From: an uncultured delta proteobacterium
GTDB taxonomy: Bacteria; Desulfobacterota; Binatia; UBA9968
NCBI GenBank assembly: GCA_963745835.1
Contig: CAVUZH010000025.1
Location: forward strand, 32,001 to 96,000
DNA: 64,000 nucleotides
Direction of reading: 5' to 3'
Shown here: piece by piece, positions 20,037 through 29,804 of the stretch
Layout: every line of letters starts with the position of its first letter
Position numbering within the stretch: the stretch's first letter is position 1
Notes under the pieces: model-generated
What the model was told of the DNA's origin: nothing
What the model saw: only the letters and a program-made list of their open reading frames with translations
Databases searched by the model: none
Made by a program: the position numbers and the translations under genes

Positions 20037-20381
20037 ATGCCTGTCTATGAATATGAGTGCCAGAAATGTGGAACTTTTGAAACGACGCAGAGAATTACCG
20101 ACGAACCATTATCCAAGTGTCCGACTTGTAAGGGAAAGGTGAAGAAGCTGATCTCAAACACATCGTTTCAGCTTAAGGGCACGGGCTGGTACATCACCGA
20201 TTACGCGCGCAAGGGTAAAGATGCCCCTAAGACCGAGAACGGCGCAAGTTCGTCATCGTCAGAATCCAAAAGCGATACTAAGGAATCGAGAAGCGAGGGC
20301 AAAGAATCAAAAACCGAGAGCAAGAAAGAGCCCGCTCCAGCTAAATCCGAATCTTCGTCCACATCCACGACTACCACCTGA
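20037..20381 (+). CDS. FmdB-family zinc-ribbon protein with Ser/Lys/Glu-rich tail
   Basis: [12 protein letters not shown]...CPTC...[13 protein letters not shown]. Confidence 0.92.
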   Translation: MPVYEYECQKCGTFETTQRITDEPLSKCPTCKGKVKKLISNTSFQLKGTGWYITDYARKGKDAPKTENGASSSSSESKSDTKESRSEGKESKTESKKEPAPAKSESSSTSTTTT

Positions 20382-20415
20382 CGACGCACGTACTCCGATC
20401 GAGTAAGTTTTCACC

Positions 20416-20446
20416 AACGCCGCGCTCATAATTAGCGCGGCGTTTT
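20416..20446 (+). terminator. Rho-independent terminator
   Basis: aacgccgcgct / agcgcggcgtt stem ending in TTTT. Confidence 0.6.
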
Positions 20447-20620
20447 AGCTTCCGTGAATTGTTGCAATCTGTTGAAGGGCTTGCCCCGTGCCGGTGCTTG
20501 ACTGCCGCCATTTTGGCGCTCAATTATTTCTTCCAAACAAGTCATCCTTCCCTGGATTTGTGAGTTGATTTTGGCTATAGCTGGGCCATCCACAAACACA
20601 CTCGAAAGGAGAGAACTAAG

Positions 20621-21355
20621 ATGGCTCAAACCGTAGACAATATCGTTGATCCGAATGATGCGAGTCTCACGTCGGAGATGGTGCAGTTTCCTGGTAATGC
20701 GGGAAATGTCAGCGCCTATGTTTCGCGACCCAAGGATGGCAAGAACTTGGGAACGGTTATAGTGATTCATGAGAACAGGGGGCTAATCGGTCACATCAAA
20801 GACGTCGCCCGACATTTCGCCAAAGAAGGCTTTGCGGCGATAGCGGTGGACTGTATGGGGCGCATTGGCGGTAGCGATCAATACAATGGCAGCGACGAGG
20901 CCACCGAAGCTATCAAGAAAGTAAACGGTGGTATGGTCGCGGAGGATCTGAGCGCGGCTCTTAATTACATGAAGAAGCAGAGCTACGTGAACGGCAAGGT
21001 AGGCGTTGTTGGTTACTGCTGGGGTGGCGGTCAGTCGCTAAATTTTGCCACAAAAAATAAAGACCTAAACGCCGCTGTGGTTTATTACGGACGCAATCCC
21101 GATCCGCTCGATTCAGTGGCAAATATTCCCTGTCCGGTGATGGGCAATTACGCTGAAGATGACCCGAACATCATGCCGGGCGTTGAACCGTTGAAAGCCG
21201 CGATGCAAAAGGCGGGAAAGTCATTCGATGTTAAGACTTACCCCGGGGCGAAACATGCGTTCAATAACAACACCAACGCTGATCGCTATAATCCGGAAGC
21301 GGCCAAGGATGCCTGGGCAAGAACAGTCAATTTTTTCAAGAAGAACCTGGCTTAA
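20621..21355 (+). CDS. Dienelactone hydrolase family protein (YghX-like)
   Basis: IHENRGL, GYCWGG, GAKHAFNN; AAGGAG RBS. Confidence 0.9.
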   Translation: MAQTVDNIVDPNDASLTSEMVQFPGNAGNVSAYVSRPKDGKNLGTVIVIHENRGLIGHIKDVARHFAKEGFAAIAVDCMGRIGGSDQYNGSDEATEAIKKVNGGMVAEDLSAALNYMKKQSYVNGKVGVVGYCWGGGQSLNFATKNKDLNAAVVYYGRNPDPLDSVANIPCPVMGNYAEDDPNIMPGVEPLKAAMQKAGKSFDVKTYPGAKHAFNNNTNADRYNPEAAKDAWARTVNFFKKNLA

Positions 21356-21376
21356 TCGACCGAACGTAAGCTGATG

Positions 21377-21421
21377 AACGGCACGTGGCCCCCATCTCAA
21401 AGATGGTGGTTGCGTGCCGTT
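21377..21421. terminator. Hairpin between convergent genes
   Basis: aacggcacg ... cgtgccgtt stem followed by a T-rich run. Confidence 0.55.
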
Positions 21422-21757
21422 TTATTTTGGCTCGCTGAGTTCGGGCCGATCGCCGATGGCTTTACGCGCCACGGTGGGGGTTATGAAGTAAGGACCTTCA
21501 GTGGTGTCGCGCCAGATCTGCCTCGTCAACTCGGCATTACCCCCTGTTAGCACGAAGGATAAAGCTCCGCTGACCATTCCCATGGAAACGGAGATCGCTT
21601 TGGCCGGAAGGAACACGAGGTTGCCAGCTGTCACGCCAACATCGACAGCGGCTATTTCAATTGCCTCGTCCGCGTTGAGAATGAATGGCGAGAGGCTGAC
21701 GATGAATAATGCGGCGGCAACAGTCAGATGGCGAATGGTTTTGGCGGTTTTCGGCAT
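21422..21757 (-). CDS. Hypothetical secreted/membrane protein
   Basis: Signal-like N-terminus, GAGG RBS, adjacent to the upstream stop. Confidence 0.65.
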   Translation of the reverse strand: MPKTAKTIRHLTVAAALFIVSLSPFILNADEAIEIAAVDVGVTAGNLVFLPAKAISVSMGMVSGALSFVLTGGNAELTRQIWRDTTEGPYFITPTVARKAIGDRPELSEPK

Positions 21758-21758
21758 T

Positions 21759-22199
21759 CTAACCTCGCATGAAAAGCTTTGACCGGATTGCATTGACTCC
21801 GTGCGTTGGGTTCCAGTAACGGCGCAGGCCGAAATAGTAACAGCAGCTATCGTTATCGAGATCGTTGTTAAAGCAGCGCAGTGTGCCGTCTTGAAAGCGA
21901 ATCCGGGCGAGACAGGTGCCGCCGGGCACCGAAGAAGTCATACATTCCATCACCACACCGATCCCCCAGTGTTCATAGCGAAGATGCGTGACTTCGTCGC
22001 CAACGCCCAGAAAAAGCCGTTTTCTTTCCTTAAAAATTGAACTCTCTTCAGGGCGATTTTCAGGAATGGTGGGAGCAAGTTTTACTGTCGAAGACGGAGG
22101 CGGCGTTTTTGATGGCTGCTCTTGCTCGGTCTGGGTATAATTTTTACGTCGTCGAGCGGGCTTCCTCTGTGTCGCTTCGTTCTTCTCAGTGCGCTTCAC
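21759..22199 (-). CDS. DUF3553-like (SH3/Tudor-like) protein
   Basis: GDEVTH...WGIGVV...IRFQDG pattern after a disordered N-terminus. Confidence 0.6.
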   Translation of the reverse strand: MKRTEKNEATQRKPARRRKNYTQTEQEQPSKTPPPSSTVKLAPTIPENRPEESSIFKERKRLFLGVGDEVTHLRYEHWGIGVVMECMTSSVPGGTCLARIRFQDGTLRCFNNDLDNDSCCYYFGLRRYWNPTHGVNAIRSKLFMRG

Positions 22200-22338
22200 A
22201 AAAATTCCTTTAGCTTCAAAACATCCTTAAAGAATTGCTCCTCGCTCAATTCACCCCTTCATATTCACCAAAATGCAGGGTGACAGTCAAGCTCTCAAAT
22301 TCTGGCTAGATCAGGATAAGACTCCGGTCGTAACTAAG

Positions 22339-22367
22339 TTGACACCGAAAGGCGCGATCAGTATGAA
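22339..22367 (+). promoter_or_regulatory. Putative sigma70 promoter
   Basis: TTGACA-17-TATGAA upstream of the LLM gene. Confidence 0.45.
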
Positions 22368-22532
22368 GGCGAGAGGGCGCAGGCTCCTTTATAGATTTTT
22401 TTGCGGCTGAACGTTTGCGACGAGATCAACTCATAGCATTGAAGATCAACCGCAGGGTGTCATTGCGAGCCGCGCCAGTGAACGTTTTTGAATTAAGCGA
22501 TAGACACTAGGTTAAGGAAATAATCCATACTT

Positions 22533-23465
22533 ATGCCTAACCAACACACGCCTTGCGGTATCGAGCTTCCTCAAGTTTTTTTCGATGGTCCCACGGATAT
22601 GGAACACATTCGCAGGTTCGCGATGCAAGCGGAGACGCTGGGTTACGACAGCCTATGGCTGCAGGAGCGGATCATCGGCGACTTCACGATGCTCGAACCC
22701 GTGACACTGCTGAGCTATGTCGCCGGGATCACAACCAAATTGAAGTTGGGCACATCGGTCATTCTGTTGCCGCTGCGTAACCCGTTGCAATTAGCCAAGG
22801 CGTATTCGAGCTTGGACGTGATGAGCGGCGGCCGCGCGGTGATGGGTGTCGGGCTCGGCGGCGGCCATCTCGGATCTCATGAGGATGTTTTTGGCTACAG
22901 CCGTGAAGGGCGAGTAACCCGCTTTAACGAAGCAGTGCAGATCATGAAGCTTCTTTGGACGGAGCCGACGGCGAGTTTTCAAGGCCGTTATTGGAACTTC
23001 AAGGAAATCTCCATGGAACCCAAACCGCTGCAAAAGCCGCACTTGCCGATCATCTTTGGCGGCCATCACGACAACGCGCTTCGGCGGGCGGTGGAGTCCG
23101 CCAATGGTTGGATGGGCGCAGGATCGTCTTCTTCCGCATCCTTCATTCGCGAGGCGGCGCGTATTCGTATCTTCTTAGACCAGGCGCAGCGCGATCCGGC
23201 TAACTTTCATTTCGCCAAAAGAGTCTATCTCGCAGTCGACAAGGACAGCGCTCGCGGCGAGAAGCGTATTCGAGAATGGTTTGCTCGACGTTACAAAAAC
23301 GCTGATTTGGGACCCAAGGTCTCGATCTGGGGTAGCAGCGTCGAATGCGCCGAAAAAATTCAAGAGATCGTCCACGCCGGCGCGCAGCACATTGTCTTTA
23401 ATCCCATGTTTGATGAGATGGAGCATTTGGAAATCTGCGCCAAAGAGATCATGCCACATTTGTGA
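22533..23465 (+). CDS. LLM-class flavin-dependent oxidoreductase
   Basis: AETLGYDSLW, LKLGTSV, LDVMSGGR, PKPLQKPHLPI. Confidence 0.9.
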   Translation: MPNQHTPCGIELPQVFFDGPTDMEHIRRFAMQAETLGYDSLWLQERIIGDFTMLEPVTLLSYVAGITTKLKLGTSVILLPLRNPLQLAKAYSSLDVMSGGRAVMGVGLGGGHLGSHEDVFGYSREGRVTRFNEAVQIMKLLWTEPTASFQGRYWNFKEISMEPKPLQKPHLPIIFGGHHDNALRRAVESANGWMGAGSSSSASFIREAARIRIFLDQAQRDPANFHFAKRVYLAVDKDSARGEKRIREWFARRYKNADLGPKVSIWGSSVECAEKIQEIVHAGAQHIVFNPMFDEMEHLEICAKEIMPHL

Positions 23466-23620
23466 ATGAGATTAACGCAGAGAAAATGATCGCAACCAGG
23501 TCGGAATTTCTCGCGTAAAGGCGTAAAGACGCCAACTAAAGAGGAGTCTCACCAGGACGACGAGTCGGTCTCTATTCTCCCGCTGTTTTTGAAAATTGGC
23601 AAAAGTTGGCGGTGACTCTT

Positions 23621-23850
23621 CGGGTTAAGGGCTTGTCAGGACGCCCGCGGTTATATGCCACATGTCAGTTGATAATGCGACCTGTGAACGGATTCGTGCG
23701 CCTTTCTTAGCCCGGGTGTGTGGTTCCGGTCGACCGCAAGCTTTCGGACGTGAAGCCGCTCGGGGCGTGCGCAACGTCATATCACATCTGCTGCCCGAGC
23801 CAGCTCCTGCGAGGGTGCAAAGCACTTCGCTCTCGCAAAGAGCAGGCTTC
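23621..23850. ncRNA. Candidate structured non-coding RNA (family not recognised)
   Basis: Three consecutive long stems (cgggttaag/cttagcccg, gctcggg/cccgagc, tgcgaggg/ctctcgca) in an intergenic gap of about 550 bp with no credible ORF. Confidence 0.35.
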
Positions 23851-24012
23851 TAAAGGTCTTTGACTTTCAAGAGGTCAAGCAAATCGATTGCGTCCTGTGC
23901 AGCGCGCCGCGCAATTCCTTTTACTTGAGTTTTGATCCTTGCTTACACAAGATGGGATGCGATAGAAGCGACCCATCTGATACTCGACTCGCATGAAGGG
24001 AGGAATATAGAC

Positions 24013-25127
24013 ATGTCAAAAAATGGGTTTCGCGCCTTCGACAGCGATATGCATGTCTTCGAGCCGGCCGATTTGTACACGAAGTACATGAATCCCAAAT
24101 GGGGCGAGCGCATTCCGCGCGGCCAGCCGCGCACAAAGCATGGCATGACGCGCTATTTTTTAGGGAACGGCAAGCCGATTCGGCCGCCGAGCGACGTGGT
24201 GGATTTTCATGAAAGCCGCATGGCCGATCGCTTCAAGGAGTCGCTGGCGCGGGATTACGACAATATTTCTCAACTAGCCGCCATGGATAAGGAAGGTTTG
24301 GATATCGCAGTCCTGTTTCGCACTTCACCGCTCCACACCAACGAAAATTTTGAGCCGGAGTACGCCAACGATCTGTGCAAGGCATGGAACGATTGGATGG
24401 TCGATTTCTGCAAAGCGGACTCCAGGCGTCTCAAAGGATCAGCGTTGATTACGCTCCACGACGTTAATCTTGCCGTGAAAGAAGCTCAAGCGTACGCGTA
24501 AAGAACGGCGCAGTCGGTTTGTCGCTTTGTCCGGAGCCGATCAACGGCCGGCAGATTCACGATCGTTACTTCGATCCGCTATGGCGCGAAGCGCAGGAAA
24601 TGAACATTCCAATCTGTTTTCATCCACCGGCGCGCCCGCAGCAGCCGCAGGTGTCGAAAGATCGCTTCGAAGGCCATCCCAATCAGGCGCTTTTGGTCAA
24701 TCCGCTGCGCAATCCGATCGAGCAAATTCTGGCGGTCAGCGCCTTCACTGCCGGCGGTGTGTTGGAACGCTTCCCTAAACTGAAAGTGGCTTTTCTCGAA
24801 GGCAATTGCAGCTGGTTGCCGTGGTTGCTTTATCGGATTGATGAGTATTGGGAGATGCAGGGCGCGATGGCAGACATTCCTTTACGCAAGAAGCCCAGTG
24901 AGTATTTCAAGGAGCAGTGTTTTATCTCTGTGGACGTGGATGAGGGGCTGGTCAAGAACGTGATCGATTATTTGGGCGACGACAATATCGTCATTTCCAC
25001 CGACTACCCGCACATCGACTGCCGCTGGCCGCACGCGCTCGATGAGTTTCTGATGACGCCGATCAGCGAGCAATCAAAGAAAAAAATTCTCTGGGACAAT
25101 TGCGCGCGGCTGTACAATCATCATTAA
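24013..25127 (+). pseudogene. Amidohydrolase_2 family protein with one frameshift near 24490 (error or pseudogene)
   Basis: DSDMH N-terminal half (24013..24501) continues as FHP...FLEGN...STDYPH in ORF 24519..25127; paralog of 26176..27312. Confidence 0.85.
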
Positions 25128-25152
25128 CCAATCGATCGCGGAGGAACTCGCT

Positions 25153-26109
25153 ATGTGCCGTTCCGCATTCTGTGCAACTCTAACTTTGGGCATTTTGCTG
25201 TTCGCATGTCAGACCAGCATCGCCCAAACCCGCCTGCGCGCGTCTTACGGTTCCCTGGCAGTATCGCAAGTGGTTTTGCCCTTGGGGGTCCGCGCTGGCA
25301 TCTTTCAGAAAAATGGCCTTCATCTAGAACCTATCTATATCGGTGGCCGATCCGTCTCCGCCCTGATCAGCGGCGATGTGCAATTCGGCTTCATGGGTGG
25401 TCCGCCAGCGATCCTCGCGCGCGTCAGTGGTGGCGATGTAGTCATGCTTGCCGGGCTGAATGGTCTCGATCAGATTCTTGTCGCTCTGCCGATCATCAAA
25501 CGCGGCGCCGATCTGGTCGGTAAACGGGTCGGCATCAGCCGTTTCGGCACTACGGCGGATTATGGCGCTCGTATCGGGCTCAAGAAGCTGAAGTTGCAGG
25601 CGCAAAAAGATGTCACGTTAATCCAGATCGGCGACACTCCGGCGCGCATCGGAGGTATGTTGTCGGGGGCCATTGAGGCGGCAACCTTGAACAGCAGTGA
25701 AAAGGAGCTGGCCTTCAGGAATGGCTTTCACATCCTGGCTGATCCGAGCGATGTCGAATTTCCCGGTAACGCAATCGTGACCACGCGGGCATTTATGAAA
25801 ACAAACAGGGAGGACGTGAAGAGATTCGTGCGCGCTTTGGTCGAAGTCATTCAGTTTGCGAAAACTCAGCCTGAGCGCGGCAAAAAATTGCTGCAAGAGA
25901 TTTACCGCCAGAATGACGCGGCAGTGATTGCAAAGCGTTACGAGGCCATGGTGGAGATGTTTCCCGACTATCCTTATTTGACTAAAGGTTCGGTGCTGTC
26001 ATTCCTGGAAATACTGCGCGACGAAGGGAAACTGAAAGATCCGCTTTATCCTGAGCCATTTCTCGATACAAGCTTGTTGTCGGAAGTGGAGCGGGAGCGA
26101 AAAAAATAG
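25153..26109 (+). CDS. ABC-type substrate-binding protein (NMT1/SsuA-like)
   Basis: Signal peptide, GIFQKNGL, ALISGDVQF, LVGKRVGISRFG. Confidence 0.87.
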   Translation: MCRSAFCATLTLGILLFACQTSIAQTRLRASYGSLAVSQVVLPLGVRAGIFQKNGLHLEPIYIGGRSVSALISGDVQFGFMGGPPAILARVSGGDVVMLAGLNGLDQILVALPIIKRGADLVGKRVGISRFGTTADYGARIGLKKLKLQAQKDVTLIQIGDTPARIGGMLSGAIEAATLNSSEKELAFRNGFHILADPSDVEFPGNAIVTTRAFMKTNREDVKRFVRALVEVIQFAKTQPERGKKLLQEIYRQNDAAVIAKRYEAMVEMFPDYPYLTKGSVLSFLEILRDEGKLKDPLYPEPFLDTSLLSEVERERKK

Positions 26110-26175
26110 ATGGTTCAGGAGTTCAAGGCGAAGGTATGATCGGAGCGCTTCAGCTTGAACTTCGAACGGAAGGTG

Positions 26176-27312
26176 TCAGCCTTCGATCCCGTAAAATTTG
26201 ACGCAGTTATCCCACAATATCTTCCTGCGACTGTCCGCCGGCATCTCTTGATGAAAAAACTCCTGGGTGGCTTTGGGGAAGTCCGAGTCGCTGTGCGGAT
26301 AGTCGCTGGAGAAAACCAGATTGTCGTCGCCGATCAATTGGCAGACGTTGCCGATATCTGCTTCGTCGCCTTCGCAGCCGATTACGCACTGGCGTTGGAA
26401 ATATTCACTGGGCTTCATCGTCAGCAGCGGCGCGTCATGCTTGCCGAGCTGTTGCCAGTGCCGGTCCATGCGCTGCAGCCATGAAGGCGCCCAGCCGCAG
26501 TTGCATTCCAGGAAAGCGACTTTCAGTTGCGGAAACCGTTCCAACACACCGCCGACGATCATATCGACCATGGTGACCATTTGCCCGGTGACATGGGTAC
26601 AGATGTGGCGCAGCAAGCGGTTGCCTACGCCGAACCGTTCAAGATGTGGGTAGTGTCCTGAGTTGGTGCATTCATGAAAGCCGACGGTCATGGCTGTCTC
26701 TTCCAATTCCGCCCAAAGAGGCTCCCAGTAGACGCTGAACCAAGTCTGACCCGGCAACGGCGTCGCGCGCAGAAACGCGCTGACGAAGCCGAGCTTCTCC
26801 CGCGCGCGGCGCGCTTCGCGCACGGCCAAGGAAACATCGTGCGGCGGCAGTAGCGCAGCGCCGAAGAGCCGCCTGGGATTTTCCCGGCAAAAATCATAGA
26901 GCCAGTCGTTGTAGGCGCGGCAGATCGCTTCGGCGAGCAGCGGGTCCATGTCCGGCATCGTCATGATGTGCAAACAGGCGGTGGGGAAGAGCACGGCTAC
27001 ATCGATGCCTTCGATATCCATCGCTTCGAGCTGCGACTTGGCGTTGAAGTTCTGCTTGCGCGCGAAGTCGATGACGTCGCCGCGGGTGTTATTCCGCTTG
27101 CCGCTGATCATGCGCACGTCATGCGCCAATGTCGGACTGTTTTGACGCGGTTCTTTACCGTCGACCATCAGCAGGTTTAAATCGCCGCGCGTAGGTACGC
27201 GCACCGGCCGGGGCGCGCGCTCTTTGAAACGCGGGTCGATGTATTTTTCCCAAAGATCCAGCGGTTCCATGATATGCATGTCGGAGTCGATGATCTTGAA
27301 TCCATTCTTCAT
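26176..27312 (-). CDS. Amidohydrolase_2 family protein
   Basis: IDSDMHIMEP, GIDVAVLFPT, FLECNCGW, SSDYPHSD. Confidence 0.9.
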   Translation of the reverse strand: MKNGFKIIDSDMHIMEPLDLWEKYIDPRFKERAPRPVRVPTRGDLNLLMVDGKEPRQNSPTLAHDVRMISGKRNNTRGDVIDFARKQNFNAKSQLEAMDIEGIDVAVLFPTACLHIMTMPDMDPLLAEAICRAYNDWLYDFCRENPRRLFGAALLPPHDVSLAVREARRAREKLGFVSAFLRATPLPGQTWFSVYWEPLWAELEETAMTVGFHECTNSGHYPHLERFGVGNRLLRHICTHVTGQMVTMVDMIVGGVLERFPQLKVAFLECNCGWAPSWLQRMDRHWQQLGKHDAPLLTMKPSEYFQRQCVIGCEGDEADIGNVCQLIGDDNLVFSSDYPHSDSDFPKATQEFFHQEMPADSRRKILWDNCVKFYGIEG

Positions 27313-27453
27313 TGGTCTTCCCCACTTCGAAATGACGCCGTTTCGGTTATTTCCAACTACAACTAGCGCGGCGGCGCTGTCAACCATTACCTTGACATGA
27401 GTGAACCAGGAGTAATAGAAATTCGCGCAGCGAGTCACTAGGGAGTCGGCACG

Positions 27454-28470
27454 ATGGCAACAGACGTTCGTAAATCAGCATATAAGCGTAAACCAAGAAC
27501 AGCGATATTTCTCTCCGTCGTGATGCTGCTATTCGGTAGCGTAGTCCGAGAGGCTTTTGCCGGGAGTGCCGCCGAGCCCACGCGCTTGCGCATCAGCATT
27601 CCCGGCGTCGGCTCATCGTCTTATCCTTTGATAATGGCGCAGAAGAAAGGTTATTTCCGAGCCGAAGGCTATGAAGTCGAGCTGATCCCAATGGCAGCCG
27701 GACTCGCGGTAAAGACGTTGCTCGCCGGCGAAGTCGGTGTCACTGCTGCGGGCACTGTGCTGGCCAACTTGCAAGGCGCGAAGGTGCGCGTGGTGATGGG
27801 TTTTATCCGCGAACTTCCGTACGATCTCGTGGTGCCGCCGGAGATCAGACGGGTCGAAGATCTGCGCGGCAAAAAAATTGCGGTGGCCGACCGCGGCAGC
27901 GTGACTTTCTTCGTCGTGCGGGCGATTTTGCAAGCGCATGGCATGGAGCCGGATCGGGATGTCACGTTACTCAACATGGGAACGCCGGCAGTGCGTCATC
28001 AAGCGCTGCTGGCCGGGATTGTTCAAGGCGTAGTGGCGAACTTTGACGGCACCGCTCTGCTGGCGGACCGCGGTTACCATTCCGTGGCGAAGGCGGGCAG
28101 GTTCATGAAAGGCTTCGCAGGGTCGCTCTCGGTGACGCAAGAACAGTTGGAGAAGCGGCCTGATGACGTGTTCCGAGCCGTTCGCGCTACGCTGAAAGGT
28201 ATCCGTGCCTACCTGGCGCAGCGCGATGAAGCGATCAAGTACAGTTCGGCATGGACCAAGATCTCAGCGGACAATGCGGCGAAAGTTCACGAGCTGATGT
28301 CGGCCGGCGCATTGGCGCCGGATGGGCTGCTAGATCGCGAGACCATGGAATCCGTGATACAGGAATCCCGTGAAGTCGCCGGGGTTAAACGCGCGGTCAA
28401 GCTCGACGAAGTTTTCGACTTCCGCCTTGTCCAGCGCGCCAATGACGAACTGCGGAGCTGGCGGCCATAG
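27454..28470 (+). CDS. ABC-type substrate-binding protein (NMT1/SsuA-like)
   Basis: KGYFRAEGYEVE, DLRGKKIAV, C-terminal EVFDF. Confidence 0.87.
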   Translation: MATDVRKSAYKRKPRTAIFLSVVMLLFGSVVREAFAGSAAEPTRLRISIPGVGSSSYPLIMAQKKGYFRAEGYEVELIPMAAGLAVKTLLAGEVGVTAAGTVLANLQGAKVRVVMGFIRELPYDLVVPPEIRRVEDLRGKKIAVADRGSVTFFVVRAILQAHGMEPDRDVTLLNMGTPAVRHQALLAGIVQGVVANFDGTALLADRGYHSVAKAGRFMKGFAGSLSVTQEQLEKRPDDVFRAVRATLKGIRAYLAQRDEAIKYSSAWTKISADNAAKVHELMSAGALAPDGLLDRETMESVIQESREVAGVKRAVKLDEVFDFRLVQRANDELRSWRP

Positions 28471-28594
28471 TAAGCGAGCGCAAAGGCGTTGCTTAAAGTT
28501 GCGAAGGACAAAATCGCTGCGAACATTGTCGCGATCGTTGGAACCATCGCACTGATCGGCGAATGATACGGTCTAAACGGGGAAAAGGTTAAAG

Positions 28595-29383
28595 ATGGAT
28601 TTAGGACTGCGCGGGAAGGTGGCTGTTGTGAGCGGTTCCAGCGACGGCATCGGCTATGCTGTGGCGCATTCTTTGGCGCAGGAGGGCGCGCGAATTGCCC
28701 TGTGTGCCAGACGTGAGCCGCTTCTCGCCGAGGCGCGAAAAACCATTGAGAAGGAAACTGGCGCCGAAGTCCTGGCGGTAACCTGTGATGTTCAACGTCT
28801 GGACGAGGTCCAACGTTTGGTCGCGGAAGTCATGCAGCGCTTCGGCATGATCAATATTTTGGTCAACAACGCAGGGAGCGTTCCGAGTATCCGCTTTGCC
28901 GACATCGACGATGCTCAGTGGTATCGGATGCTAGAGGGAAAATTGCTCGGCTATATTCGGATGACCCGAGAGGTCGCGCCACACATGCGCAAGGCCGGGT
29001 GGGGCAGGATCATTAACATTGCGGGGACCGCCGGTTGGGAGCCAAGCGGTACCGCGATGGCAGTCGGTTTGAACAATGCCGCGGTGATGAACTGGACGAA
29101 GTCTTTGTCTCTCAATTATGCCGACGACGGCATTTTGGTGACGGCGGTGGCGCCGGGTTCGATCGAGACGCCGCGGCAAATTCGCAATCGCCAACGCGAG
29201 GCGGATATCACCGGCAAAAGTCTTGATGAGATCCGCAAGACGCGGACGCAAGAAATTCCACTGCATCGGCTGGGCCGAGCCGAGGAAGTGGCTAACGTCG
29301 TTGTCTTTCTTGCATCAGAACGGTCGAGCTATATGACCGGCACCTGTGTGACTGTAGATGGCGGGGTCGTGCGCGGCATTTGA
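28595..29383 (+). CDS. SDR-family oxidoreductase
   Basis: SGSSDGIG, LVNNAG, VAPG, VDGG; the canonical YxxxK is not evident. Confidence 0.88.
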   Translation: MDLGLRGKVAVVSGSSDGIGYAVAHSLAQEGARIALCARREPLLAEARKTIEKETGAEVLAVTCDVQRLDEVQRLVAEVMQRFGMINILVNNAGSVPSIRFADIDDAQWYRMLEGKLLGYIRMTREVAPHMRKAGWGRIINIAGTAGWEPSGTAMAVGLNNAAVMNWTKSLSLNYADDGILVTAVAPGSIETPRQIRNRQREADITGKSLDEIRKTRTQEIPLHRLGRAEEVANVVVFLASERSSYMTGTCVTVDGGVVRGI

Positions 29384-29804
29384 CGGCGGAGAAAAGATGC
29401 TGAGTGACGAGCAGGCGTGTCGTGGTTGCAGCTCGCGCTCAACTCCGGATTCCGCAGTTGAAGGGGGAGTCCTGACCGAGGAGCAAACGTTCCGCAGCGA
29501 AGACAATGCGTTTCTGCCTCGGAGAAGGCGACAGCTGTCAGTGCAGTGCATGACGGGCAAGCAAATAGAGTTGGACTACAAGGAAAAACGCGATTTTTAG
29601 AATTGCAATGTTCACGTCGGTTTACTAGATATCAGCATGTCGGGAGATCTCACCATGGCGCCAGGCTTCGCCGCGCCGTCAGCGATCTGTGTGTTTTAGA
29701 ACCGATGCGATCTCTGTCTCCATTATCCGACGAGGATTTCTCCCGCGATATTTGGCTGACGGCGGCCCATCTGGACGGCGCCGCTTAAAAGAGAGGGTCG
29801 AACG

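Noticed and set aside
24480-24520. Programmed frameshift in the amidohydrolase
   Set aside because: There is no slippery heptamer; a simple indel is more likely.
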